Shown here: positions 1 through 10,278 of the stretch, piece after piece | How positions within the stretch are numbered: the first letter of the stretch is position 1 | Layout: each line of letters opens with the position of its first letter | NCBI GenBank assembly: GCA_025965115.1 | Contig: JAOPXO010000201.1 | Coordinates: 17,460 to 81,459 of the forward strand | Direction: 5' to 3' | Length of the DNA stretch: 64,000 nucleotides | DNA from: Aeromicrobium sp. | GTDB taxonomy: Bacteria; Actinomycetota; Actinomycetes; Propionibacteriales; Nocardioidaceae | Program-made: the position numbers and the translations under genes | Notes under the pieces: model-generated | The model's database searches: none | What the model was told of the DNA's origin: nothing | Seen by the model: only the letters and a program-made list of their open reading frames with translations

Positions 1-539
1 TCCATCAGCTCGTCGACTGCCTGGCGGCTGCCGTCGGTGCTCGCGCCGAGGGAGGCCAAGGTGCCGGACAGCGCCTTACGCGTCTTGGGGTCGAAGGTGC
101 CGACGAGCTCGTCGATGTCGACGGCCGGAATGACTGACTTGCCGGAGTACTCCGTGCCAGAAGGCATGGCCGCGCCGGAGCCATCGACGACGTCCACGAA
201 CGACTGCCCGATGACCGACTTGAGTCCGACGCGGAACGTGGCGCCCTGGTGGAGCGGGGCTACGTCGTGGTCGAGGCGCAGCTTGGTAACGGCCTTGCCT
301 TCCTCGTTCTTCTCGCTCAAGACCTTGCCTATGAGAACGCCGGCCATCCGAACGTCGCCCGCGGGCTGCAGGTTCTTGACGTCGGCAGTGACGAACGTCG
401 CCGTGTAGGGAGCAGAGCCGAGCGGGTTGTTGCCACCGGACTTGCCCCACAGGAAGCCGAACCCGACGACCGTCACTAGAACGAGCGCCAAGACCGTCAC
501 GATGGCCGGGCGGATGTGGAACTTGGCGGGGTTCGTCAT
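1..539 (-). CDS. Mce/MlaD family protein, sixth subunit (3' end outside the window)
   Basis: Minus-strand frame read manually from ATG at 539 (ATGA overlap with upstream mce stop): N-terminal TM (IVTVLALVLVTVVGFGFLW), MlaD motif VRMAGVLIGKV, VDIDELVGTFDPKTR as in the sister Mce proteins. Confidence 0.85.
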   Translation of the reverse strand, partial: MTNPAKFHIRPAIVTVLALVLVTVVGFGFLWGKSGGNNPLGSAPYTATFVTADVKNLQPAGDVRMAGVLIGKVLSEKNEEGKAVTKLRLDHDVAPLHQGATFRVGLKSVIGQSFVDVVDGSGAAMPSGTEYSGKSVIPAVDIDELVGTFDPKTRKALSGTLASLGASTDGSRQAVDELM

Positions 540-1945
540 GACGCTCCCTTGTTTCCGAACAGACTTCCTACAAGGTTCTGGATACTCTGGGCCAGCTCGC
601 CCTCGCCTGCCGCGTCATCGCCGGCCTTGTTGTCCGAGGCTCCGCTCTGCGGTTGTGCCGTGCCGGGGCCGTCGTTCTTCGACTGCTCGCCGACATCGGC
701 CAGGCCACCGGCCGGGTTGGTCAAGTCGACAGTCACGTTGGCGCGGCCCAGTCCTCCGTTGGCGTCCATCAGGCTGAACGACGACGACGTGTTGTAGACA
801 AAGGCTCCGAGATCGTCGAGCCACGGGAGGCGGCCGGCGGCTCGGTCGGCGGGCTGCCACGACACTAGATCGCTCACTCCTGCGGGAATAGGCTTGCTCG
901 CGCTGTAGAGCGACGCGGTGGCCTTGTTGGCTTGGACGCTGAACGGTCGCAGATCGGCCACCACAGGCCCGGCGCGGTTGACCACTGGCGTGGCCACGTC
1001 GATGAAGTGGTGGATCGCCTTGACCGAGCCCGTGAGGCTATTCACCGCCTTCGGCAGCTTGCCCGAGGCGTTGTCGAGGTCTGTCAGGGTGGGATCGAGC
1101 TGGTTGGTCAGGTTATCGACGGTCGTCATGGCGCCGTCGAGGTCGTCGGTGAATCCTGGCAGCTCCTGCAGCGTCTGCGTCAACTTGTCGTCGCGTGAGG
1201 CGACCGTCTGCAACGTCTGGTGGGCCGAGTCCGTAAGCACCCCCAGGCGTTTGTCGTCGTCACCCACGGCACGCGAGATTGACGACAGCGAGTGCACCAG
1301 TCGGCTCAGGTTCTCACGGCGCTTGGCCAGCTGGTCGAGAACCGGCTTGAATGAGGTCATGGCGTCCCGCGTCGCGTCGATGCTGCCCGGCAGCTGCTGA
1401 CCGGAGTCAGCGAACACCACGTCGGTCTCGTTGAGCAGCGAAGTCAGCGCTGCTCGTGTCGACGTGTCGAGCTTGTCTAGTACCTCGTACGGCTGTACCG
1501 CCCGTCGTGTCTGGGCGAGCGGGATAGTGCCGTTCTCGGGCAGGCGTGGGCTGGCCGGGGTGCCTGGGTCGAGCGTCACGTACATGATGTTGAGCGGCGC
1601 CTTGGTCGTGAGGACAAGTCGTGCGTCCGAGTAGACCGTCTGGTCGGGATCGATGGATAACTGGAGCTTGGCTTGGCCCGATTTGGTCGTCGACGCCTTG
1701 GTGATGCGGCCGACGGGGACACCGGCAACACGCACTTCCTGCAGCGCGGATGGGCTGACACCCGGTGCCTGGTCGAATACGGCCGAGAACTTGTACTTCT
1801 CGGTCCATGGAGCGGTCAATGACTGGTGGGACAGGATGTACACCGAGCACGTCAGGCCGACCGCAACGCAGACGACTACGGCTACCACGTCCCGGAACAG
1901 GCCGGGGGTGTTCTTGATGCGGTCGACCGAGTTCGCGAGGTCCAT
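536..1945 (-). CDS. Mce/MlaD family protein
   Basis: N-terminal TM, EVRVAGVPVGRI MlaD motif, long helical region; operonic with other mce genes. Confidence 0.9.
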   Translation of the reverse strand: MDLANSVDRIKNTPGLFRDVVAVVVCVAVGLTCSVYILSHQSLTAPWTEKYKFSAVFDQAPGVSPSALQEVRVAGVPVGRITKASTTKSGQAKLQLSIDPDQTVYSDARLVLTTKAPLNIMYVTLDPGTPASPRLPENGTIPLAQTRRAVQPYEVLDKLDTSTRAALTSLLNETDVVFADSGQQLPGSIDATRDAMTSFKPVLDQLAKRRENLSRLVHSLSSISRAVGDDDKRLGVLTDSAHQTLQTVASRDDKLTQTLQELPGFTDDLDGAMTTVDNLTNQLDPTLTDLDNASGKLPKAVNSLTGSVKAIHHFIDVATPVVNRAGPVVADLRPFSVQANKATASLYSASKPIPAGVSDLVSWQPADRAAGRLPWLDDLGAFVYNTSSSFSLMDANGGLGRANVTVDLTNPAGGLADVGEQSKNDGPGTAQPQSGASDNKAGDDAAGEGELAQSIQNLVGSLFGNKGAS

Positions 1946-1946
1946 G

Positions 1947-3278
1947 TCAGTTCCCCGCCCCTGCGATCTCGGGCACCAGGTTAGCGAGTGCCTGGTCGAG
2001 GGTCAGTGGAGCTAGCGAGCCAGCACCTACGCCCGCCTGGAAGTTCAGCATGCTGCCTTGTCCGTCCTGGGTCATCGATGCTCGAGCCAGGTTCGTCACC
2101 ATGTAGGCAATCTCCTCGTAGTATTTGTTGCCTGTCTGGATGCCGGTGCCGGACTTTGAGTACTCGTCGATACCTGCTGCCTTGCCGCTCCAGGGTTTGC
2201 CCAGCTTGTCGAGCACTGGGCCGCGGATGCGGGCCAGGGTGGTGCCGCCGACATTGTCGAGCAGCCCGTGGGCGTTGCGCACTGTCGGGATCAGCTGTTG
2301 CACGGTGGGGATGGCATCGCGGGTGATGGGTGCCAACTTGGCCACGACGGGCCGAGCGTCCTTGAGCAATGGGTCGATCTGGTCGATCAGGGGCTTTGCC
2401 CGCTCGGCAGTCGGCTGCAGCTCGTCGGCGGTCTTCTGCAGCTTGCCGAGTGTTGTGTCGAGGTGCGTCAGCCCTGTTTCGGTGTGGTCAAGGGTCGCTG
2501 GTAACCGGTCGATCGTCGTGGACAGGGAAGCGCTTGACTGCGCAAGTGCGCGCGATGTCCGGTCGAGCCCGACGATCGCACCGTCCACCTCGGAACTGCG
2601 CGACTTGAGTTGCTGCGCAGCGTCTTGAAGGTAAGACACCAATCCGTTCAGATCGCTCGAAGGGGAGGTGCCTTGCGCCGCCACGAGGAACGTGTCGGCT
2701 CCATGGAGCACCGGCGGGGCGACGTCCGCAATGTCGCGCAGGGACTTGCGGCCATCTGGGTCGAGCGTCGATGACAGGTTCTTGATCAAACCGCGCGTTG
2801 AGGTGCGGGTCTTCGCCGGAAGTGCCTCGAGGATCCGGTCAAGTTCGACGGGCGAACCAGTCCGCGCCTCGGGGATCGTGGTGCCGTCGTAGGTCCCAGT
2901 GCCACCGTTGGCCAGCTCGATCGAATACTCGCCGCCGAGGATCGTGAGGGGCTCGATGCGCGCAGAAGGGGACGAGCCAAGGGATCCGAGCGCGGACCTG
3001 TCTACCTTCATCTTGACGATGGACTTGCCGCCCTCGTGCTTGACATCGGTCACGACACCGACCTGAAGACCGGCCAACTTGACCTTCGACTTGTCGACCA
3101 CGATGCCTTCTGGGTCGTTGAAGACCGCACTTATGGTGTCGCCCGACCGCAGTGCGACCCCGATCTGGTTCTTGAACACCAGGGCGAGCACGATGACCGA
3201 CGCCACGAGCACCAGCGCGATTCCCTTGCGCATCAACGGTGTTGTGCCGACCCATCGGGAAGCGAAGAGGGTGTTCAC
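1947..3278 (-). CDS. Mce/MlaD family protein
   Basis: TM anchor, KVKLAGLQVGVV motif, LGGEYSIEL, helical C-terminal region. Confidence 0.9.
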   Translation of the reverse strand: MNTLFASRWVGTTPLMRKGIALVLVASVIVLALVFKNQIGVALRSGDTISAVFNDPEGIVVDKSKVKLAGLQVGVVTDVKHEGGKSIVKMKVDRSALGSLGSSPSARIEPLTILGGEYSIELANGGTGTYDGTTIPEARTGSPVELDRILEALPAKTRTSTRGLIKNLSSTLDPDGRKSLRDIADVAPPVLHGADTFLVAAQGTSPSSDLNGLVSYLQDAAQQLKSRSSEVDGAIVGLDRTSRALAQSSASLSTTIDRLPATLDHTETGLTHLDTTLGKLQKTADELQPTAERAKPLIDQIDPLLKDARPVVAKLAPITRDAIPTVQQLIPTVRNAHGLLDNVGGTTLARIRGPVLDKLGKPWSGKAAGIDEYSKSGTGIQTGNKYYEEIAYMVTNLARASMTQDGQGSMLNFQAGVGAGSLAPLTLDQALANLVPEIAGAGN

Positions 3279-4552
3279 GGAAGGAGTCCTTTCGATCCGC
3301 CCCAGGCCGCACCCGGGCCGGGATAGGCGTCAACATCGACGAGCGGGTCCTTCAGGCCCAACGGAGGGCTGACGTTGTAGAGGCCCGGCAGTGCCAGCTG
3401 CGCGCTGAAGTAGTGCTTGTCAGGGGCGAACTTGCCGCTCAGCATTCGGTACTCGGCCAACAAATGACCCGCGTCGGGAATGTAGGGGTAGAGGGCGTTG
3501 AGGAAGGGGGCTCCCTGCTCGAATGTCTTCGCAAGACGCTTCACGACCAGAGGTCGGGCGTCGTGAACTGCGGGGACCAGCGAGCCGACGGGGTCCGCGG
3601 AGTCGTGCGCGAACTTGACCACGACTCGCGCCACCGGCGGCGACTCGGTGAGGAAGCCGCGCAGGTCAGGCGTCGCGTCGACCAGGCGGTCAACGCCAGG
3701 GCGCAGCGCCTTGGCCGCCTGTGCCGTGTCATCCAGGGCCGGGTTGAGCTTTGCCAGACTGCGACGCGTGGTGGACAAGGTGGACGGCAGCTCGTCAAGC
3801 GTGTCCCGCAGGGCGTTGGTGTCGTCGACGTTGACAGCGTCGAGCGTCGCGGCCGTGTCGTCGACGAGGGCGGATAGCTGCTTCTCATGCCCGTTCAGAC
3901 TCGTCGCCACGTCATCTGCGGCCTGGAGCAGCGCGGGGAGGTCAGCCTCATCGGAGTTCACGGCTTTGAGGACGTCCTGGGCGTCCCCCAGGATCTTGGG
4001 CCCGCGCGCGAGCGTGACGTGCAGCTCCTGTCCGTGGCCGGTGAAGCCGCCGCCGAGTTGGCTCAGCGTCGTGGACAGCCCTTTCCTGGCTTCGGCCGGG
4101 AACGACTCGAGCACCGTGTTGAGATCTCCCGAGGACTGAGTCGCCGTCGTCGAGATCACGTTGTCGCCCAGCGGGCCAGTCGCCTTCGTCCCCGGGTTGA
4201 GGTCGACGAACTTGCGGCCAAGGGCCGATTCGTTGCCGACGCGCGCCGTCGCGTTCCGGTACATCGGGTGCTTGCCGTCGAGACGCATCGTGACCTGCGC
4301 ACCACCGCCCTCGCGGTATTCGACGTCTGTAACGAGCCCGATCCGCAGGCCGTTTTCGGTCACCTTCTGCTGGTGCTTCAGCGTGCCAACGTCGTCGAAG
4401 TTGGCTTTGACGGTCGTGTAGGAGCGGAGCGGTAGCTTGCCACCCCCCTGGACGACTGTGCCGACGTAGGCGATCCCCAGGGCGACGATGATGGCGAGTA
4501 CGCCGAGCCCGATCCGGCGGACGTCGTCGCGGTGCACGAGCTGACTCATCAC
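3275..4552 (-). CDS. Mce/MlaD family protein
   Basis: TM anchor, VTENGLRIGLV, LGRKFVDLNPG; 4-bp overlaps with neighbours. Confidence 0.9.
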   Translation of the reverse strand: MMSQLVHRDDVRRIGLGVLAIIVALGIAYVGTVVQGGGKLPLRSYTTVKANFDDVGTLKHQQKVTENGLRIGLVTDVEYREGGGAQVTMRLDGKHPMYRNATARVGNESALGRKFVDLNPGTKATGPLGDNVISTTATQSSGDLNTVLESFPAEARKGLSTTLSQLGGGFTGHGQELHVTLARGPKILGDAQDVLKAVNSDEADLPALLQAADDVATSLNGHEKQLSALVDDTAATLDAVNVDDTNALRDTLDELPSTLSTTRRSLAKLNPALDDTAQAAKALRPGVDRLVDATPDLRGFLTESPPVARVVVKFAHDSADPVGSLVPAVHDARPLVVKRLAKTFEQGAPFLNALYPYIPDAGHLLAEYRMLSGKFAPDKHYFSAQLALPGLYNVSPPLGLKDPLVDVDAYPGPGAAWGGSKGLLP

Positions 4553-5943
4553 AGGCCTCCCAAGAGTTGACCAAGGAGTGATTGCTCCTGGGTCGGCGAC
4601 AATCCGGTCGCGCCCGAGTCGGATGGCGACGACTTGCTGTTCGAGCTCCCGCCACCACCGCCCAGCGACTTCGTGAGATTCCCGAGTGACTTGTTGATGT
4701 CACCGACGAGCTTTCCGGCGGCACCCTCGGACCCTGCACCGCCTAGCGGGTCGACCTTGCCGATGTTGATCGGGTTGTCAGAGCCGAGCAGCTGCTGCAA
4801 CGTGTTGGGAGTCACGTGGAAGACCCCACGGAAGTAGTGGCTGGCGGCATCGCGGCTGTTGGTGCTTAGCGCCCAGTACCGCACGAATGTCATCAGCTCG
4901 CGACGGTGCTGGGCGAGCACGACCTGGCTGGCCGAGTCGACTGCCGTCGAGATGTCGTCGAGCTGCGATCCGTGCTCCTTCAGTGAAGTCGCTACGGGCG
5001 CAGCCTCCTTGAGCAACTTGTCGGCGTTCTTGAACAGCTTGTCAAAACCGTTGAAGGCCGGATCGGCATCCTTGGAGAAGTTGGTGATCTCGTCGGAGAT
5101 CTGCGACAGGTCGTCCGTCACTGGGCGGGCCTTCTCCAGCGTGGGGCCGAGCTCGTTCGAGACGGTCTCCAGCGACGAGAAGGTCTGTCGTGCCTCGGCC
5201 AGGGTGGCAGGGAGCTCGTCAAGCGTTTTGGCGATCGCCTCTTGCTTGTCGCGGGTGACTTCGAGCGTCGCCGTGAGCGATCCGATCATGTGGTCGAGCG
5301 ACTTGCCGTTGTCCTTGCTCACGGCGGCTGCCACCGGGTCGGACTTCTCGATCAGCGAGTTCAGGACCGAGTTCTGGTCACGCAGGATCTTGCCTAGCCG
5401 GTCGATCTGGTTCATGGCCGGGGCAAGTGCCTTTATCGCATCCGCCGTGTTCTTGCCATTGCCCTGCATTCCTTGGCCGGTTGTCAGCACCAAGGCCGCG
5501 AGGCCGGCACTCGTCGGGTCGTCGAAGGTGTCGAGGACTCCTTGGAGTGTTACGCCGTTGATAGTCTGCTTGACGGGGATCGTGCTGCCTGTCATGTACG
5601 CCTTGCTTGGCGTGCCAGGGTCGAGCTGCACGTAGTTCTCACCCAGCAGATTGACCGGCTTGATCGTCATCGTGGCGTCCTGATGGACAGGGAGTACCTT
5701 CTTGTCAACGTCTAGCGCGACGATCGCTACGCCCCTACTGCGGTCCAGACGGATCGTGTCGACCTTGCCGACAAGCACGCCGTCTGCGCGCACCTCGGAC
5801 CCCACCTCCAACGGGCTGGCGTCTTTGAAGATGCCCTTGATGACCTGGTGGCCCGAGGAGCCGCCTGAACAGGCGACAAGGAGCGCAACCACAAGGAGTA
5901 TGAGGACAACTCCCGTGCCGACACGACGACCCGTTGTGCTCAT
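4549..5943 (-). CDS. Mce/MlaD family protein (possible lipoprotein, LVAC lipobox)
   Basis: VRADGVLVGKV, LLGENYVQLDPG; start moved to ATG 5943, which overlaps the upstream stop. Confidence 0.9.
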   Translation of the reverse strand: MSTTGRRVGTGVVLILLVVALLVACSGGSSGHQVIKGIFKDASPLEVGSEVRADGVLVGKVDTIRLDRSRGVAIVALDVDKKVLPVHQDATMTIKPVNLLGENYVQLDPGTPSKAYMTGSTIPVKQTINGVTLQGVLDTFDDPTSAGLAALVLTTGQGMQGNGKNTADAIKALAPAMNQIDRLGKILRDQNSVLNSLIEKSDPVAAAVSKDNGKSLDHMIGSLTATLEVTRDKQEAIAKTLDELPATLAEARQTFSSLETVSNELGPTLEKARPVTDDLSQISDEITNFSKDADPAFNGFDKLFKNADKLLKEAAPVATSLKEHGSQLDDISTAVDSASQVVLAQHRRELMTFVRYWALSTNSRDAASHYFRGVFHVTPNTLQQLLGSDNPINIGKVDPLGGAGSEGAAGKLVGDINKSLGNLTKSLGGGGGSSNSKSSPSDSGATGLSPTQEQSLLGQLLGGL

Positions 5944-7193
5944 CGGATCCCATCTCCGTTCGCATCCTGGAGCGCCTTGCACTCCGTGTATTCCTTGCCG
6001 GTGTCACCGAGGTCCCCGGGCTGCGGCTTGGCCTTTGCGCACTGGCCCCCTGGGAGCTTGGTCTGGTCGAACGGGGCGCTGACCAGGCTCGTTGTCGATG
6101 CCGTGATCAGGGCCCGGGCATAGTTGCCGGTGTGGTTTTGGCTTCCGAAGATGCCAACCCAGTTGCTGAGCCAACTCGCCAGCTCCGGCGTGTAGGGACG
6201 AAGGAAGTCGACCATCGGGTTGAGTTCGTCGACTGCAGAGGTGAGCTGGGGCAACGTCGTGTTGGCAGTCTTGAGCAGGCTCGGCGTTCCCTTCAGCAGC
6301 GTGTCGGCGTCCTGTAGCAGCGGAGCCAGGTCGGCCACGGGTTGCTTCGCGTCGCGGAGCACGGGCCGGAGGTTCTGCGCGATTCCCGGCAACTTCGCGG
6401 TGCTCGGCTGCAGGGTGCGCAGCAGTGTCCGGGTCGACTTGACTGGCTCGGGAACGTCGTCGAGGGTCTTGGTTGCGGTGGCGAGGGTCCGCGGCAGCCG
6501 GTTGATCGTCGTCCCCAAGGACTTCTGGCTGTCGGCGACCTGGGCGAGGAGGGTGTTGAGCTGGTCGATGCTTGACGACACCTCGGTGTCGCGCGAGGCG
6601 ACGGTGTCGGCGACGGAAGCGAGCTGGCTGACGATCTTGTGGATCGCGGGGCCGTCCTCGCCGACGGCACTGAGTACCTGACCGAGAGCCTGGATCGTCG
6701 GTCCGGCCTCCTTGAGCGTTGCGTTGAGCGCGGGCTCCTTGCCTGACAGCGTGCTGTCGAGGCGAACCAACAGGGTCTGGAGGTTCTTGCGAGTCTCTGG
6801 ATTCAGCGTCGCGAGGAGCTCGTCGATCGATACGCTCTCGACATTCGTGGTGATCATCTTGCCCGAGGCCAATGCCGGTGCATCCGTCGGTCCGGGCAGG
6901 AGTTCGACGACACGTGCGCCGAGCACTGCCTCCCAAGTGATCCTGCCGGTGGTGCCGGCTCGGAGCGGTGCTCTCTTGTCGAGCTCGAGTCCGACAAGAG
7001 CCTGCCCGTCCTTGGCATGGAGGTCCGCAACCTTGCCGACTACCTCACCCTTCATGACGACCTGTGCGCCTTTGAAGGTGTCGCCGGCCGATGGCATGAG
7101 GAGCTCAACACGGTAGGGGTCGTCCAGGCTCTTCAACCCCAGGACCATGAGGAACAGCCCTGCAGTGAGGACCGAGATCATCTTGAACTTCAT
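5940..7193 (-). CDS. Mce/MlaD family protein, first subunit
   Basis: VVMKGEVVGKV, VLGARVVELLPG; helical region. Confidence 0.9.
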   Translation of the reverse strand: MKFKMISVLTAGLFLMVLGLKSLDDPYRVELLMPSAGDTFKGAQVVMKGEVVGKVADLHAKDGQALVGLELDKRAPLRAGTTGRITWEAVLGARVVELLPGPTDAPALASGKMITTNVESVSIDELLATLNPETRKNLQTLLVRLDSTLSGKEPALNATLKEAGPTIQALGQVLSAVGEDGPAIHKIVSQLASVADTVASRDTEVSSSIDQLNTLLAQVADSQKSLGTTINRLPRTLATATKTLDDVPEPVKSTRTLLRTLQPSTAKLPGIAQNLRPVLRDAKQPVADLAPLLQDADTLLKGTPSLLKTANTTLPQLTSAVDELNPMVDFLRPYTPELASWLSNWVGIFGSQNHTGNYARALITASTTSLVSAPFDQTKLPGGQCAKAKPQPGDLGDTGKEYTECKALQDANGDGIR

Positions 7194-7196
7194 TGA

Positions 7197-8000
7197 TCAG
7201 TCCATCCCCAATGGGCCGTCGGCGTTCCCGTTGAGGAACTGGCGCACGAAGGGATCGGTTGAGTGGAAGGCCTCGTCGGCGGCGCTATAGGCTTGAATTT
7301 TGCCCTTCCAGAGCACGGCGACGTAGTCGCTCAGGGTCCGGGCGCTCGCAATGTCGTGGGTGATCACGATGTAGGTGCCACCGTGCTCGCGGTGCATCTC
7401 GGAGATCAGCTGGCACAGCAGCTTCGTGCGAACCGGGTCGAGGCCGGAATCCGGCTCGTCGAACAGCACGACGTCGGGACGCATCACAAGCGCCCGTGCG
7501 AATCCGGCTCTCTTGCGCATGCCGCCGGAGATCTCGTTGGGCGCCTTGTGTACCGCCGTCTCGAGGCCCACCTCGCTGAGGTGCGACATGACGATCTCGC
7601 GGATCTCCCGCTCAGTCTTGTTGGTGTGCTTGCGCAATGGGAAGGCGACGTTGTCGTAGAGGTTCATCGAGCCGAACAGCGCTCCGTCCTGGAACAGGAC
7701 ACCGAAGCGCTTGCGGAGGTCGTAGCGCTCATCCTCGGACACGCGCCAGATGTCGCTACCGAAGACCTTCACCTCGCCGTGATCGGGTTCGAGCAGACCG
7801 ACGATGTGCTTCAACAGCACGGACTTACCCGTGCCTGACGGGCCCAGGACGGTCGTGATCGCGTCATCGATGAAGTCGAGAGTTACGCCGTCAAGCACGA
7901 CACTGCCATTGAACGCTTTGTGGACGTCGCGCAGGTTGATCGTGGTCTCGAGTCCGTGACCGACCGCGTCGGTACGGCGTGTGGTCGTTTCGATAGACAT
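7197..8000 (-). CDS. MceG/Mkl (MlaF-type) ABC ATPase
   Basis: Walker A GPSGTGKS, LFQDGALFGSM, ISGGMRKR, DEPDSGLDPVRT typical of Mkl/MceG; start set at ATG 8000 after GGAG. Confidence 0.9.
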   Translation of the reverse strand: MSIETTTRRTDAVGHGLETTINLRDVHKAFNGSVVLDGVTLDFIDDAITTVLGPSGTGKSVLLKHIVGLLEPDHGEVKVFGSDIWRVSEDERYDLRKRFGVLFQDGALFGSMNLYDNVAFPLRKHTNKTEREIREIVMSHLSEVGLETAVHKAPNEISGGMRKRAGFARALVMRPDVVLFDEPDSGLDPVRTKLLCQLISEMHREHGGTYIVITHDIASARTLSDYVAVLWKGKIQAYSAADEAFHSTDPFVRQFLNGNADGPLGMD

Positions 8001-8013
8001 GGGTGTCTCCTGG

Positions 8014-8883
8014 TCAGTTGCCGATGGGCGCGTTGGGATCGTTGCCGTAGAACAGCTGGACAAGGCACATGCCGATCATCGACACGAGCACGAGGTTGAC
8101 CAGCATGGACTGCGCGGTGTTGCGACCCACGCCGACTGGACCGTTCTTTGCGGTATAGCCGTAGTACGTCGCGACCAAGACGATGATCGTGCCGAGGATG
8201 GTCCCCCAGGTGACCGCGATGACAAAGTCCTTGGGGTTTTGGAACAAGAACAAGAAATAGGAGAACCCACCTCCGGACACCGTGTTGAGTAGCTTCACGT
8301 TGAAGAGGTAGCCCGCCATGAAGTTGACCGACAGAGCTGCGACGAACATGAGCGGCATCATCGTGATGGCTGCGATGAGACGGGTCGTGACGAGGTAGGG
8401 GATCGAACGGATGCCCATGACCTCCATGGCGTCAATCTCCTCTGATATCCGCATGGCTCCGATCTCGGCAACGATCCCGCAGCCGACCTTCGCGGCGACG
8501 ATCCAACCGAAGACGACTTGGATGATGCCGCGCATGCCACCCACAGAGTTCACGGCGGCGATGTAGGAGTCGATGCCGATCGAGGTGAAGAGGAAGTGCG
8601 CCGTGAGTCCGAGGACCGCACCCATCATGAAGAGCATGAACAAGATGACGAGGCTGTTCTCCATCACCAAGCGGCTCGCCTGGCGAGCGATCTCTGACGG
8701 ATAGAGACGGATCGTCGCCGGAATCGCACGGAAGGCTTTGACCGAGAAGTCGACGAAGTTTCCGACCTCTTCGAGCGCGTGTCCGATCGCTCCCCCGGTG
8801 GGGGTGTCGTCCGACTGCTGGTCGGTGAGCCCGGTCGCCTCGTTCTCGGGTGGGCTTGCCGGTGGATCGAAGATCGCGGTCAT
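8014..8883 (-). CDS. YrbE/MlaE permease B
   Basis: AEIGAMRISEEIDAMEVMGI and GPVGVG motifs. Confidence 0.92.
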   Translation of the reverse strand: MTAIFDPPASPPENEATGLTDQQSDDTPTGGAIGHALEEVGNFVDFSVKAFRAIPATIRLYPSEIARQASRLVMENSLVILFMLFMMGAVLGLTAHFLFTSIGIDSYIAAVNSVGGMRGIIQVVFGWIVAAKVGCGIVAEIGAMRISEEIDAMEVMGIRSIPYLVTTRLIAAITMMPLMFVAALSVNFMAGYLFNVKLLNTVSGGGFSYFLFLFQNPKDFVIAVTWGTILGTIIVLVATYYGYTAKNGPVGVGRNTAQSMLVNLVLVSMIGMCLVQLFYGNDPNAPIGN

Positions 8884-9764
8884 CGGAACGAGCCCATGCT
8901 CGGGAAGAGGCCGAGTTGCATCGCGTTGAACGCGAGCTGGAGGACCCAGACTGCGATGAATGAGGTGACGACGGCGTGGTTGACGGACCGGCCGAGGCCG
9001 ATCGGACCACCAGAGGCGGTCAGGCCCTTGTAGCAGCAGATCGTGCCGATCAGCAGACCCACCAGGAAGCAGTTGAGCAAGACGGCAACAATCTGGCCGG
9101 GCGACACGTTGGCGAAAAGGTTGCTGTAGAAGTTTGCGCTCGGCTGCTGCGCGACATAACTAGCGCCGAGTTGCATCGACACCATAGTGACGAGCATCGA
9201 CGGCACGGCGATCAAGGTCGTGATGAGGGTCAGCGAGATGACTCGAGGAACTGCGAGGTCGCGGATCGGGTCGATGCCCATGACCATCATTGCGTCGATC
9301 TCCTCACGGACCTTGCGGGCACCGATGTCGGCAGTCAGCGCAGTGCCTATGACTCCGGCGACGACCATCGACACGATCCACATCGTGAAGGTTCGAATCG
9401 CTTGCAGGAACAGCAGCGGGCCGAAGAGCTGAGTCGCACCCGCCATCGCGAAGAACTGGACGGTGAGGATGGACATGAAGATCAGGAAGCCGAACAGGGC
9501 CGCAGCGATCGGGAGCCATGCCTGCTTGACGGTCTGGTGCATGTCGTCGATGACCGCGTTCCAGTAGCCAGACGGCCGGGTGACCGCGCTGCGCAGTATC
9601 TGGATTAGCAGCTGGACCATGCCACCTGCTTCGGCGATCGGCCCGCGCAATGACTTCGGGAGGACCGCTAAGTAGCGGCTCCCTCTGCCGTTGTACGGAC
9701 CAATGCCCAGGTCAGCCCGGTGCGCGGGCTGGTCCAAGTTCACCGGCGTGGTGTCAGCACTCAT
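8880..9764 (-). CDS. YrbE/MlaE permease A
   Basis: ADIGARKVREEIDAMMVMGIDP motif; start at ATG 9764 with AAGGAGG SD. Confidence 0.92.
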   Translation of the reverse strand: MSADTTPVNLDQPAHRADLGIGPYNGRGSRYLAVLPKSLRGPIAEAGGMVQLLIQILRSAVTRPSGYWNAVIDDMHQTVKQAWLPIAAALFGFLIFMSILTVQFFAMAGATQLFGPLLFLQAIRTFTMWIVSMVVAGVIGTALTADIGARKVREEIDAMMVMGIDPIRDLAVPRVISLTLITTLIAVPSMLVTMVSMQLGASYVAQQPSANFYSNLFANVSPGQIVAVLLNCFLVGLLIGTICCYKGLTASGGPIGLGRSVNHAVVTSFIAVWVLQLAFNAMQLGLFPSMGSFR

Positions 9765-9828
9765 CGGTGTCCTCCTTGCACTGGTGACTGTCGCCGCACA
9801 TATCTGCTCGCGTGGCAATAATGAAAAC

Positions 9829-9844
9829 TGTGTCGGCCATCACA
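9829..9844. promoter_or_regulatory. CRP/GlxR-like site upstream of mce operon
   Basis: TGTGT-cggcca-TCACA, one mismatch from TGTGA-N6-TCACA. Confidence 0.45.
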
Positions 9845-9895
9845 CGGTGTAACGCCGATGCCGGGGCAAAGTTACGAATCCCCATTAGGTTTTCC

Positions 9896-9908
9896 CTAAC
9901 TTGATTAG
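9896..9908. promoter_or_regulatory. Island operator CTAAY-N3-RTTAG
   Basis: CTAACttgATTAG. Confidence 0.75.
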
Positions 9909-10052
9909 TTTAAGGACGGGCGGGTGCCCCGCAGGCAACTGCCACTGAGACATGCCGGCCCGGGCGTGCTGGTGCTTCGGCGCGGGGGGCTTCATGTCTC
10001 AACTTCCCCTCTTGGCTGTGTTATTGAGCTGTGTGACGGACGACACTTTTAA

Positions 10053-10107
10053 CTAACGCTATTAGCCTATTGACGCCTCGAAGGAAGTCAATACCTAATT
10101 ACGTTCG
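10053..10107 (-). promoter_or_regulatory. mce operon promoter flanked by two operators
   Basis: Operators CTAACgctATTAG (10053-10065) and CTAATtacGTTCG (10095-10107) bracket minus-strand TTGACT-N16-TAGGCT. Confidence 0.7.
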
Positions 10108-10278
10108 ATTTACGGGAAAGTCACAGGATGTACGCCTACAAGCCTTGGCCGCGTCGATTGTGGCGAACACATTTCTGGGTGACGCGGCCGGCGTGGCAGC
10201 GGACCGGACTCCCGAGCCGTCAATGAGACCTCACCGAGGTGTTGCCTCTGTCAACGCTCTCAGGTCTTGAGCTCCTCG

